Source of the DNA: Rotaria socialis
Taxonomy: Eukaryota
NCBI GenBank assembly: GCA_905331485.1
Contig: CAJNYT010004754.1
Coordinates: 77,906 to 107,385 of the forward strand
Direction of reading: 5' to 3'
Length of the DNA: 29,480 nt
This document shows positions 9,597-21,063 of the stretch, in pieces (the first letter of the stretch is position 1; each line of letters begins with the position of its first letter). The notes below the pieces were generated by a model that saw only the letters and a list, made by a program, of their open reading frames with translations, was not told the DNA's origin and ran no database searches. A program made the position numbers and the translations under genes.

Positions 9597-10919
9597 CTAC
9601 TCTTCTTCTTCTTCTTCTTCTTCTTCTTCACCACCATCATCATCATCTTCTTCTTCACCACCATCATCATCATCTTCTTCTTCTTCTACTATATTTTCAA
9701 TATCAGCATCATCATCATCATCATCATCGTCTTCTTCATCTAAATAATTGATATCGTCTTCATCAACCCATACATCTTCTCCCATTTCATCCACCGCCAA
9801 TTTTTTTATCGTCCATGCAATATTACATAATTTCTTATTTCCCATATAATCATAGGGCACATAACAATAACCCCTGTCACCCTAAGAGAGAATTTAAAAA
9901 ATATACAATGAATGCAACGTATACATAGGCACCATACAGCTTACCCAACCTTTGCCCCACGAATTTCTTACAATGAATGCTTTTGATGAGTTACTATAGC
10001 CAGATAAGAGAACAGCATGCCTATAATAAGAAAAATAACAATTGATTGTCCGTTGTAAAAAAATTAGTATAAGCGAAATTACGATAAAAATACGAGTCTT
10101 ACCTGCCATGACTGTCACGGGAAGTTTCGTTCGCTTTGGGCATTGGAACCTTACCCTTTGCTTTGGCTTTGTCGAAGGACTTGTACAAATTGAGACTGAC
10201 AATTATAGGAAATCCTTGAGCAAGACAAGATTTCATTTCATTTATATCAATATGGACTTGGAGTGCTTCAGTAATCGTATATTCTTCGGCTTCGCTATAA
10301 CATTGTTGGATAGGTTTAGCATTGACCTTTTTAATATCATATGGCCACAGTGATTCAAGGCACACACCTGACTCTTCCAAGCTTTCAACTGCATACTGAA
10401 TGGCAGAACCTGTATCGGCGAGTTTTTGATTTTGCTTCAGACCCTTAAGACGGCTGTTGTAGTAGATGAAAAGACGACTAACATCAATTTGATTACCAGT
10501 TGATTTGTAGTTCAAGTATTCATAAGCTCCAGCCATGGCGTTTGCCGTGCTGAAAAGAACAAATATTTTCGGGAACAGAAATAGCAGTGCTCAATAAATC
10601 CATTGAATATGATGTTTTTTTAAATAAATATGAATATATTCTGCTCACCAACTACTGATGCTTGATTGATTTTCGATCTCGGTCATCCATGGACGAAGAT
10701 CAACTTTTTCTGGTAAATGTGATGGTGTATACTTAACGCATTGAGTGAAATCTTGCCGTAGACATTCTTTTTCAGGCATATAAGATGTTTCTTGGTCGCC
10801 ATTGAGACGAAAACGTTGGCCAGTTTTTCGGTCTTGCAAGTAAGTTTGCGTGATTTTTCTTAATGAACTATTATTTGTTGCAAAATAAATATTCGCTTTC
10901 TTTGATTTGGCGAAACTTC
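9597..10919 (-). CDS. Papain-fold (C1-like) cysteine peptidase with an acidic poly-Asp/Glu C-terminal tail; exons 10649-10919, 10103-10549, 9945-10020, 9597-9881; first coding exon(s) not identified
   Basis: The spliced frame gives VDLRPWMTEIENQSSISSC|TANAMAGAYEYLNY...GVCLESLWPYD...FPIIVSLNLYKSF...DSHGR|HAVLLSGYSNSSKAFIVRNSWGKGW|GDRGYCYVPYDYMGN. Cys, His and Asn (NSWG) catalytic elements are all present, and phases are consistent across three GT-AG introns. Confidence 0.85.
9600..9735. repeat. Imperfect trinucleotide repeat tract (TTC/ATC on +; GAA/GAT on the coding strand), inside the peptidase CDS
   Basis: Runs of cttcttctt... and catcatcatc... directly readable; encode EEEEDDDDGGEEEDDDDGGEEEEE. 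Confidence 0.9.
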
Positions 10920-12139
10920 CTACCTATCAGTCATTAAAGTGTAGGATTCAATTAGATTTGTAAATCAGTGATTGACTGAAAAAGGAAGATTTATATTGTA
11001 CAGGCATAAATAGGGATTCTCTTTCGTAAGTTATATTTTTCAATAGGTTAGAAACGAATTCTCTATTAACAGTTATTATTTTCTACTTCAGTTTGACACT
11101 GTTTTCTGTAAAATAAAATCGATTATGGATTCACCGTTATCGTATATTATTTTAGATGAATAGAAAATAAGAAATGTCCGAGCAATTCATACATTTGATA
11201 TTGCAGATTAGTAAGACTTTGACACATCAAGAGGTGACATCCCTTTCTGCAAGAAATTCCGACACTTAGAAACGTTTTTTTCGTTCGACGCAAAAAATAT
11301 TAGTATTACGAATAAGGTGTACACAAGAATAATAAACAAAACAAAAATCTGAATTATCCATGCGTATACCTCATATACGTGGTGTAGGGTAAAGAAACGA
11401 GGTAATCACCGATATGTAGGTAGCTGATTCAATAAGGAAAAAAATAGGTTGATACAATCGTGATCAAAAAATGAAATAAGTTATAAATGAACCGGCTTGA
11501 TTTCTAGTGTCTATCCTTGTTTCTTCGAATGAACGATGTTTATTAAAACGATTTCTCTTGGCGTTAGTTTATTTCATTGACCTCTACATTTGAGTCTTTT
11601 GCCAATATTTAATTCGCTAGGCGTCCACATGAAATTTAGATGCCTATAAAAGTGAATTGAACTCGATATTGATCTTTTGTGCGATATGTTGTTTTCAATA
11701 ATTATTCAATTTGATAGATAATGTATTACTGGTAATAAAATTATTGAGGATTTGTAAAATAGGCGAAAAATGTCAATCGTCGATAAAGCAATCTGATCAT
11801 AATACCACCCACAATCGTCAGAAATTAGTCGATCGAACATGGTACTCATAGATTTGTCAGTTGCAAAAAAGAATCAAGTATCCTCATATAAAAACAACAA
11901 TACTTTGATGTTAGAGCAAAGGACAATGGGTCCCAAATTCATCTTAGAAAAATGTATCGGATACAGAACTCGTTTTGACAAAAACAAATAGCATTTTACG
12001 AATAACATACTAAAAATTGAAGTTATTGTAAGATTTTTTTATTCTTAATGACATGTATCCTATTACATAAATAAAAATGGTATTATTTCTGCACGCCTCT
12101 TTCAAATGACGCTACTTGATTGTTGACCAATTAAGATAA

Positions 12140-13152
12140 TCAACTGCATATACGACCGAAAAATTCAAATATAGAAGAAAATATCTGATAGAGCGGTGGA
12201 ACGATTCCAAAAACATATGGATAAAACAAACGAGTTTGCCCGTAAATACCAGCAGCTATAATTGCTTGAGCAGTTTTACGAACATCAGCAGCTAAACAAT
12301 GAATATTTTTGTTGGTTTTTTTAAGTGCCTCGTCAGTGCCAATTAATCCAAGCATGGCTACAGTAGTTGTAACACGATTTTGATATGCTTCACATATACG
12401 AAGTTCACGAGAAAGATTCAAAAAGAAACCTTGAACTGCATGTTTAGTTGTACCTAAATTCAAGAGAAAGATATTTTGTTCGTAAATTCCAAATTTTCCA
12501 ATGTTTACCATAAATAGTCGTTTGAGGAAATGGACAAGTGCCAGCTAATGAGGATACAGCAATAATTTGAGACGGCTGCCCGTCAGTTACGCTGCCATCT
12601 AAATACGGAAGCGCCGCCATTGCTAAATGCATACACGAAATAAACCTGTGGTCATGTAAATTGAATTTTCTTACTCGTATTGAAATATCCAAAAAAATTT
12701 ACATTCATAAGATTTTTCATATTTTCTATATTAGTTTTAATATCACTGTCGAAAAATGGTTCATAAATTGCTGCAGTATGATTAAGTACAAGGATATCAA
12801 TACCTTGATAATATTTTACTGTTTGCTTAATAAGTTCAATGCATGCTTGTTCTTTTGATGCATCGAATTCGACGCATTCAACTTGAGCTGCACCCAGTGA
12901 ACGACATTGCTCTGCGACTTTATTCTTTAATATATCAATGCTACGTGCAGCTAATACTATACGACAATTATAACGTGCATACTCATAAGCTAATTCTTCG
13001 CCGATGCCACGCGATGCTCCAGTTATGATTACACGTTTATTTTTTAATTTTGCTGGTTTAATGGATGCGACATAGAAATATGTTTTATAGATGTAATAGC
13101 TGAGTAGATATATGAAGAGAAAAAGTGCAACTGAAATCAGTATTTCAGCCAT
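12140..13152 (-). CDS. Membrane-anchored short-chain dehydrogenase/reductase, 11beta-hydroxysteroid dehydrogenase 1-like; exons 12675-13152, 12509-12622, 12140-12453 (~301 aa)
   Basis: N-terminal hydrophobic anchor (LISVALFLFIYLLSYYIYKTYF), TGASRGIG cofactor motif, NVNFFGYF, IIAVSSLAG, and YGTTK (YxxxK) completed by splicing. Phases are consistent across introns 12623-12674 and 12454-12508. Confidence 0.88.
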
Positions 13153-14247
13153 GGTGTGAAATATGCTTATCTGTCACTCGAATAATGTTAGCTGTATGTG
13201 ACCGTCAACATTTCCAGTTCGTTTTTTTCTTCGCCTCTATCAATATTTACACACAACTTTCTAGAAAAAAGAGATTTTTTTTTATTTGTGTAACTCATTT
13301 CGTCTCATCTCAAAGGTAAAATACATCTTATCCAATAGAATTCCCCAGATGTCATCTGCTCTTGTTAATTGTATACTAGCGACGATGTGACCAATAAAGA
13401 TTTTGCTACAGAAAAATGTTGCGCGTTGCCAATCACTACAAGCCTCGAAAGAGTGTACGGTGTGCATACAGTAAAGACGCGTTATTTTCCACTACTAATA
13501 GAGAACCATCAAAAATATTGTTTCTGTTTACAAATAATCGAACGAGTCTTTTTTTCTTCAGGCCACTTTCAATTAACATTTTTATTTGACTTGAATTGTT
13601 CAGCTATGGGCTATTTAAAGTTGTCCTAGATTTTAATTTTATCTATTACATTTATTTCTGTACTTAAACTTTCAAGCTAAAACAGTAGAAATATTCTATT
13701 TTCCAACACGAATTAATGGTTCATTACAGATCAATATGCCAGATTATACACTTGATTATAATAGAAAATCATAATCATAATTGTCGTATGTTTGTACTAA
13801 TGTTAGTGTAATTATGATTGAAATCATTTTTGAAGTTGATTAACAAATATTAGGTCTAATAGATATATGTTGGCCTCTGTGGTAGTGCGAAAGAATAGGA
13901 AAAATAATATTGTATCGGCTGATAAAATTTTATATTAAGACACAACTGGCTGTCAAATCATCATCATCATTCGTTGATGAATCACATGAAATAACTGAAA
14001 AATAGACGCTCTATTGGTGAGCAATTTATGCATATATGTTTGCTTACGTATGTATTTCATGCATCGGTAGTCTTCTAGTGACAAAATAAAAATGATCGCA
14101 TCTATGATAAAAACAAATGGAAAAAAACCCAATAAAACTAGGAGCAAAACATATTTATTCATACGGCAGTCATATCATCGTGAATACTTCATTAAACAAC
14201 AAAATCAACATATTTTTGTTGAAAAATATTTTCATATTAATAAACAC

Positions 14248-16310
14248 ATGGCTACAGCCAATAGTACAACTAGTTCGACGAGAACAGAGAACTATGAAAC
14301 ATTCTCTCTACTATGGCTGGATGGACAAGTCAATGCAACAGAAGAGAACAAACGTGCCCAAACGCGACTTCGTTCGATCATCAATTATCTTAAATTATTT
14401 GAAAATCCCCAAGAGTGCCGACAATATATTAAGAACTGTTCTGAACAAGATCGGATTGTTCTTATCATCAGTGGTCGATTAAGCAAAGAATTAATTCCTC
14501 AAATTCATGAACTTCGACAACTCTCATCGGTCTATATCTATTGTAGACGTAAAAAGGAGTACAAAACTTGGGCGAAAGAGTTTCCTAAAGTATAAAGTTC
14601 TTCTTTCATTTGATAAATCAATATTCTTCATTAATTTATTTACAGATAAAACATATCGTTGTTCAACTTGATGATCTCGTTCAACGAATCAAAGAAGATC
14701 AAAGAGATCTTGGAAAAACAGAAGACCCAATATCTATGAATATTTACAATGCTGCCAGTAATCCAGATAAATCAACAACTGAACTTAATGGTAGTTTTAT
14801 TCATAATCTATTATTAATTGATGTTCTTGTTCGAATGCCATCGTTAGAAACTGATAAACACAGATTCGTTAAATCTTGTAAAGAAGACTATTCTGGCAAT
14901 GAACAGATGTTACGTATCATTCGTGAATTTGACAATGACTATAAGCCAAGAAAAGCTCTATGGTGGTACACACGTGATATATTTATCTTCAATATGTTAA
15001 ACAAAGCATTGCGAATACAAAATACGGACCGTTTATTATTATTTCATTTTATAATTCGTGACATTTATGAGCTAATAAAAGAAAATCAATGTCGAAAGCC
15101 GATAAAAGTTTATCGTTACCAGCGCATGTCGGCTGATGAATTAAGGAATCTTCAACGATCGATCGGTCAATATATCTCGATCAATTCATTCTTTTCGACG
15201 TCGTCTAATCGTGATACAGCAATGAAGTTTTCGACATTATCAGCTGCTTCAAACGATTTGCATCGAATATTATATATCATTGATGCTGATCCTCGTGCAG
15301 TGAAATCGAAGCCATTTGCTGATATCAGTTCGCTCAGTTACTTTCCCAGCGAAAATGAAATATTATTTATGATTGGTTGTATATTTCGGTTGGTTAGTAT
15401 TCATAGAGATGATATTGAAAATATCTGGATAGTTAAAATGGAATTAGCAGGAGATGATAACAATGATTTGAAGTCTCTTTTCTATCATTTAAAGAAAGAC
15501 TATGCTGGCGAGGAAGCCGAAGCGGGTATGCAATCTGTTGGCAATGTACTCTATTATATGGGACAATATGATCAAGCAGAAAAAATATATTCCCGTCTGC
15601 GTGAAAGATGTTCTACCGATGATACTTCGTATCCTTACTTGTGTTTCTCACTTGCTATGTTATATAAAGATAGAAAAGATTACGCGCGCAGTTTAAAATG
15701 GCTTGAAACAGCGTTAGAGAGGAAATTTCGGGCACCATCTATTGATAATATTTACATTGCTGGTCTGTATTGTTCTATCGGAAATATTCATTTGGAAAAG
15801 AAGGATTATAAAAAAGCGATGAAATTTTACAATCAATCAGGAGATTTCTACAAACGCGAAAATGCTTTGGATCATCCTGATGTATCTTCTTTGTATCACG
15901 GTATCGCCCGTATGTACTATTATCAAAATCAATATTCAGAAGCATTTCATAATTTTCAACGATCATTGAATATTCAACAGAAATATTTGCCTGCTAATCA
16001 TCCAGATGTAGCTATAACCTACAGTAGCATAGGTGATGTTTTTCAGCATGCTGGACAATATCCACGTGCTATGGAAAATTACACACGATCGCTTGAGATT
16101 CGAAAAAGATCACTACATCCTCAACATCCAGAAATAGCTGCGATTCATAAAATCATCGCTCAATTATATGAGGCAATGAGTAAATATAAAGAAGCTTTAT
16201 ATCATTATGAAAAAGCATCCAACATCTACTTTCCATCATTATCCAATAAACATCCGACTGTGATTGAACTCAAAAGCGATATTCAGCGTGTCACTTCAAA
16301 ACTGAAATAA
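14248..16310 (+). CDS. ADP-ribosyltransferase (NAD:arginine-ART type) fused to kinesin-light-chain-like TPRs with an N-terminal uncharacterised alpha/beta domain; exons 14248(or 14092)-14589 and 14646-16310
   Basis: 56-bp GT-AG intron (cctaaa|gtataaag...tttacag|ATAAAA) with phase 0. ART R-S-E elements: VYRYQ, SINSFFSTSS, FPSENEILFMIG (ExE). About 6 TPR-like repeats with conserved spacing, e.g. HPDVAITYSSIGDVFQHAGQYPRAMENYTRSLEI. Confidence 0.93.
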
Positions 16311-16506
16311 TTAAATTTTTCATAGTCAGAATTCCAGCAATGCGTTCTCCAAAAGCTGTTCGTAAACGGTGTCAAATGAAATCAGAGTATTCAGTATGAA
16401 AAAAAGATTTCATCTTTGCGGAAACATTAAATTGTAGTTTTTTTTTCGATTTTCAATGTAGTTGAAATACATGTTTTTATCTATTTGTTAATAATATATA
16501 TATATA

Positions 16507-16514
16507 TGTAGCAT
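16507..16514. repeat. Left target-site duplication TGTAGCAT of hAT-like element 2 (identical right copy at 17512-17519)
   Basis: Perfect 8/8 match flanking the inverted termini. Confidence 0.88.
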
Positions 16515-17511
16515 CATAGGCGGCGCGCCAGCTATGTGAGGGGTATCAATTGCTACCCCTATGGAAATTTAAGGGTAGCAATAAAAAGTTATTGCTACCC
16601 CTAATAATACACATTTCGATAATTGTTAGAAGAACGCTTATACACGATGAGCCTTGTTTTATTTTCCTCTGAGGCTCTACTTTCATCATGTATGTCTGAC
16701 ATTTATTTGTGTCAAGTTTGATGTCGGTTTGCATTACATGGTTGGAGAAACAAAGACTATTTTTTCGCTTTCTTTCCTGATACAAAGAAACTCTTGATTA
16801 ATTTCCACTGTTTTATATTCAATTCGATTTTTTTATGATGTACTACGAACAGTCCAAAAGTAGTGTTGTTAATACTGTATTTCCGTATAGAAAGCTTGAA
16901 GCAATTTTCTTTTTTCATATAGTGATAGAGAAAACAATGCTCTTTTTTTCTACGGCACTTGATCAATCTTCACTTAATATCAAAATTAAAAAGCCTGCAT
17001 AAGAACTGTTCTTTTTCTATAAAATGCGACAGTAGCACTAATTATATTAAAAAAGGCCAAGTGAGTACTTTTTGAGTAACTTTTCATTGGAACAAGATAG
17101 AGAGCTGTGGTCTTCGCAGTTTAAAAGAGGACATAAAGATGTATCGAATCGTATATTATAGGTTTTTTCATTCTGATTTTCTTAAGATTTTTCAGTCTTC
17201 TTTCAAAATAAATCTACTTCGCGAGGTATGTGCAGCGAATTTTCTATTATCACGTGTGCATTCAAACCGTTAATGAACGATCTATACAACAGCAAAAAGA
17301 GTTGACATGTTTAGAATTTATTATTCTGGAGTCATAGATATTCTAGTAGAAGCCGTAAGCGATTTTCCTAGCAATTTCTGTAGAAAGGTTTGCTTTTATT
17401 GTTTGCTATTTGATGCAAAACTATTTCTTTGGCACATAGAAAATTGATTAAACATTATCGGTTTAATAAACTTATTGCTACCCCTAGAAACTTTAGCTTG
17501 CGCCGCCCATG
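16515..17511. mobile_element. ~997 bp non-autonomous hAT-like DNA transposon (MITE-like), element 2
   Basis: Left end CATAGGCGGCGCGCCAGCTATGTGAGGGGTATCAAT. Reverse complement of the right end is CATGGGCGGCGCAAGCTAAAGTTTCTAGGGGTAGCAAT. Perfect 8-bp TSD, no transposase ORF, subterminal ATTGCTACCCCT repeats. Confidence 0.88.
16573..16600. repeat. Perfect 12-bp hairpin GGGTAGCAATAA-AAAG-TTATTGCTACCC in the subterminal region of hAT-like element 2
   Basis: Directly readable inverted repeat with a 4-nt loop. Confidence 0.9.
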
Positions 17512-18126
17512 TGTAGCATATGAAAATATGAGTTTGCCATAAAAAAAATTCTTTTCTTTTTTTTCCACTTTACCAAATTGTAACGTGCACTTCCGTTTTG
17601 TGCACACCTTTACAAGATAAAAAATATGTACATGCTATTGCGGGCCGGTAAACAACATTATTTCAATAACAAGTATTAAATGGGTAAAAATGGCGTCTGA
17701 TGTCGACGATATCTTTTTCGATGAAAAAAAGCTATACAAATAGTTGTTTACATTGCATGAAAAGAATTTCATGTGTGTTATAAGCGATCAAAATTGACAC
17801 TCAAATGCTCCTGGATCACATCGCTTATGTAATGGCTTAAGAAACGTACAATCGTCGTACATAATGTAAATAGAAATGATGAAAACTTGTGATTCATGAT
17901 AGATGACCTGCTACTTGAATATGAATCACTAGAACGTTTTTGTTGGTTTCCTAGCTGTTACACTTGTTATGTGGCTCTTAAATAATTCATTGTGGCAAAA
18001 TTTCATGTTCACTATACACTAATGTGTTTTTTATTAATCGAATTATTTTATATCAATATTCTCAATGAAAGATCAATTTTAGTTCAACTAGTAGATACAA
18101 AGGAAAAGAAAAACGGAAAAACAAAA

Positions 18127-21063
18127 TCAATGTTGCTGTTTAGGATCGATTGATTCATGAAGAAATTTCTTTCGCCCTTCGGTGAAATCAGCTGCAATGT
18201 CACCGTTACCTTGAACGAGCCATTTTGTTGTTAATAAGCCTTCAACGCCAACAGGACCTCGAGCATGAATACGTCCAGTACTAATACCAACTTCAGCACC
18301 TATTGTTTAATGAATTATTTTTCACTCAGAAAATTCTAAACTAAACTTTTTTTCTCTTACCTAAACCAAATCGATAACCATCCGAAAATCTTGTACTAAC
18401 ATTATGAAAAACACATGCACTATCAACATTACTAATGAAATCGTTGGCTGCATTTTCTAGAAATAAAAATTCACGGAGAACTCCTGCATTCGCTGGCCGA
18501 TTATTGAATAGTTACGGTTGTCGGTTACAATCGAATCTGTATGATTTGAACCAAATTTATTTATATGCTCAATGGCATCATAGACGTCGTCAACTACTTC
18601 AATGGAACATTGTAAATCCCCATATTCAATGCGTAATGAATTTGCTGGCGGTGGTGGGAATGCAAGTAATGTAGAAAGACGTGGGCCCGAATAAACTTTG
18701 ACCTGAAAGCATGAAGGCAAAACTACATGTTGCCAAATAATGGATTGGCTAGTTTTAGCTGACCTTTTCAGTGCGGAATAATTCAATCAATGATTCAAAA
18801 AATGATGTCCGAATAAGATCCTTATGAACAAGTAGCGTTTCCATAGCATTGCAAGCACTTGGATAATCACATTTCGAATCTCGTACTATCGTATGAAAGA
18901 AATATTTTATAAAACAAACAAGCATGAATTTCAATTCTTACCAACACGTAACGCCATCTGTAAATCCGCATCTTTATCAATGAATACATGACATATACCT
19001 TCGGCATGACCGAGAACAGGAATTTGTACACTTTGTTTTTGTACAGAACGAACAAGTTCATTAGAACCACGTGGAATAACAAGATCGATATATTTTCCCA
19101 ATTGAAGAAGATCAGCGACTTGTTCACGTGTATTGATCTAATTATAAACATTTTTAAAATTTACTAATGAAAAAAAGACGCATTTGAAATTTTAATTACT
19201 AAAGCTATTGTATCACGAGGAGCAAATGGTTCAAGTGCATCTTGCATTAATTTCGTTAATATTTCATTTGAATATTTTGCTTCTGAACCCCCTTTCAATA
19301 GAAGACCATTGCCGGAACATATAGATAGAGCAGCTATTTGTGGTAAACTATCTGGTCGGGATTCAAATATGACTAGAAGAACACCGATGGGTGCTGTAAT
19401 TTGTTTTAACATGATTCCATCAGCTAAACGTGTTTGTCGAACAACTTGTCCTGAAAATATTCAATAAATCGCCTAATATAATCTATCTCAAGCATAGAAC
19501 GAAGAGATTTAGTATTGAAATACTCTTGTAATAACGTATTTCCTAAAAGGAATCAATCAGTTGGATAAATCTAAACGAACCGAGTACATCAGCTTTGTCT
19601 GCTATTTGTTGAAGACCAATGGATAAAGTTTTTAATTTCTTTTCTGATAGACCAAGTCGATCAAGTAATGAGACTTTAAGACCTGAAGCAAAACAACTTA
19701 TTGTTCTATAAACAAAACTTATATATATATATATATATTACCTTCTTTCGATGCATCTTCTAAATCATGTTTATTTGCTTGAAGAATGTCATTTGAGTAT
19801 TGAATTAAATTTGATGCCATTTTATTAATAATTGTTTTGCGTTGTTCTGTTGTTAGCCTTTGTAAAACTCGACTACCATCACGAGCTTTAATAATCAATT
19901 TTCTATGTCAATTTCGTCTATCAAAATACAACGAACCTTTCACAGCTTGAACATCAACTGGCAACGCTTGTGATGGAGTATTAGTAAAAAATGTTCCAAT
20001 TTTTTTCCCATCAATTATATTTAATATTGCTTTATCGTTTTGACCATTACTTATGACAACACCCACATTATGATCAAGTGCCCACGATGCACATTTTACC
20101 TAGGCAAAGGAAAAAAATGAATCGAAAAAAATCTCAAGATCTTTTTAATATCCAGATTTCAGTTCTGATAAGCTTCCGAACTATTTTAGATGACAGAAAA
20201 ATAGAAGCATTTTTTAGTTTTACTTTTGATTCCATTCCTCCGGTTCCAACTTTTGATCTTGCTCCAAATGAAATCAATCTTGAATCTTGTTTCGGACAAA
20301 ATGTATGTAATAATCTTGATCCTTCAGACGTCGGCGGCCCTGTATATAAACCATTAACATCGCTCATTATTAATAACAGATCAGCTGATATTAAAACAGC
20401 TAAACGAGCAGCTAATGAATCATTATCATTAATAACAATATCATCTTTTGCTGCTGTTACTTCCGCATCAGTATCTGTGCATGGTGCAACTGCATCATTG
20501 GTATTTAAAATAGGTATAATATTTAAATTGAGTAATTCATCAAGTGTAGCCTGCAAATTTTTTCGACTATCAACATTATAGAAATCAGTTTTTGTAACAA
20601 GCACTTGTGCAACGCCAATATTATATTGTTGAAACATGCGTTCATAAAATGACATAAGACCTTTTTGTCCGAAAGCCGCGCACGCTTGTCGTTGTATAGC
20701 TACTCGACTATTTTGAAGAATATCTTTTGGTGAAAGAGATTTTCTCATTGTCATTGTCATCATGGCTTCTTTTCGAAGAACTTGTCGACCAAAGGCAACA
20801 GCACCACTCGTCACTAATAACATTTGTCGACCTTCATTTTGCAATTGAGATACTTGTTCAACTGTTGATGCTAAACGTCCTATTGCAAGACCATCTTCAT
20901 TCTCGCGTGTTATTAGTGCTGTACCAAGTTTAACTATAACACGACGAGCATCTTTCATATCACTACGATTTGTTATATGTAGATATTTCGAATTTATGAT
21001 TCCATTTTTTTTATGGAAAATTCTATTCCAAGATAAATATGTATTTCGACTTAGAATTGACAT
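18127..21063 (-). CDS. ALDH18A1: Delta-1-pyrroline-5-carboxylate synthase (bifunctional glutamate 5-kinase / gamma-glutamyl phosphate reductase), ~757 aa, 10 exons: 20224-21063, 19937-20099, 19742-19885, 19581-19682, 19200-19450, 18942-19137, 18764-18885, 18516-18702, 18361-18456, 18127-18299
   Basis: Glutamate kinase motifs ([51 protein letters not shown]) and GPR motifs ([122 protein letters not shown]). All nine intron junctions are GT-AG with consistent phase. Confidence 0.96.

Noticed and set aside
9437-9673. ORF MMMMVVKKKMMMMVVKKKKKKKKK (-).
   Set aside because: It is an out-of-frame reading of the GAA/GAT repeat that encodes the acidic tail in another frame of the same strand.
10645-10660. 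The apparent replacement of the catalytic Cys of the peptidase by Trp (ORF ends ...ENQSSISSW*).
   Set aside because: The W codon spans a splice donor (TG|gtgagc). Joining to the next exon (ag|C ACG GCA) restores TGC = Cys.
14117-14482. 121-aa ORF overlapping exon 1 of the ART-TPR gene.
   Set aside because: Shifted frame of the same strand; the 14092/14248 frame carries the domain conserved in the paralog and splices correctly.
20078-20581. 167-aa plus-strand ORF.
   Set aside because: Lies antisense to the well-supported glutamate-kinase exon of P5CS.
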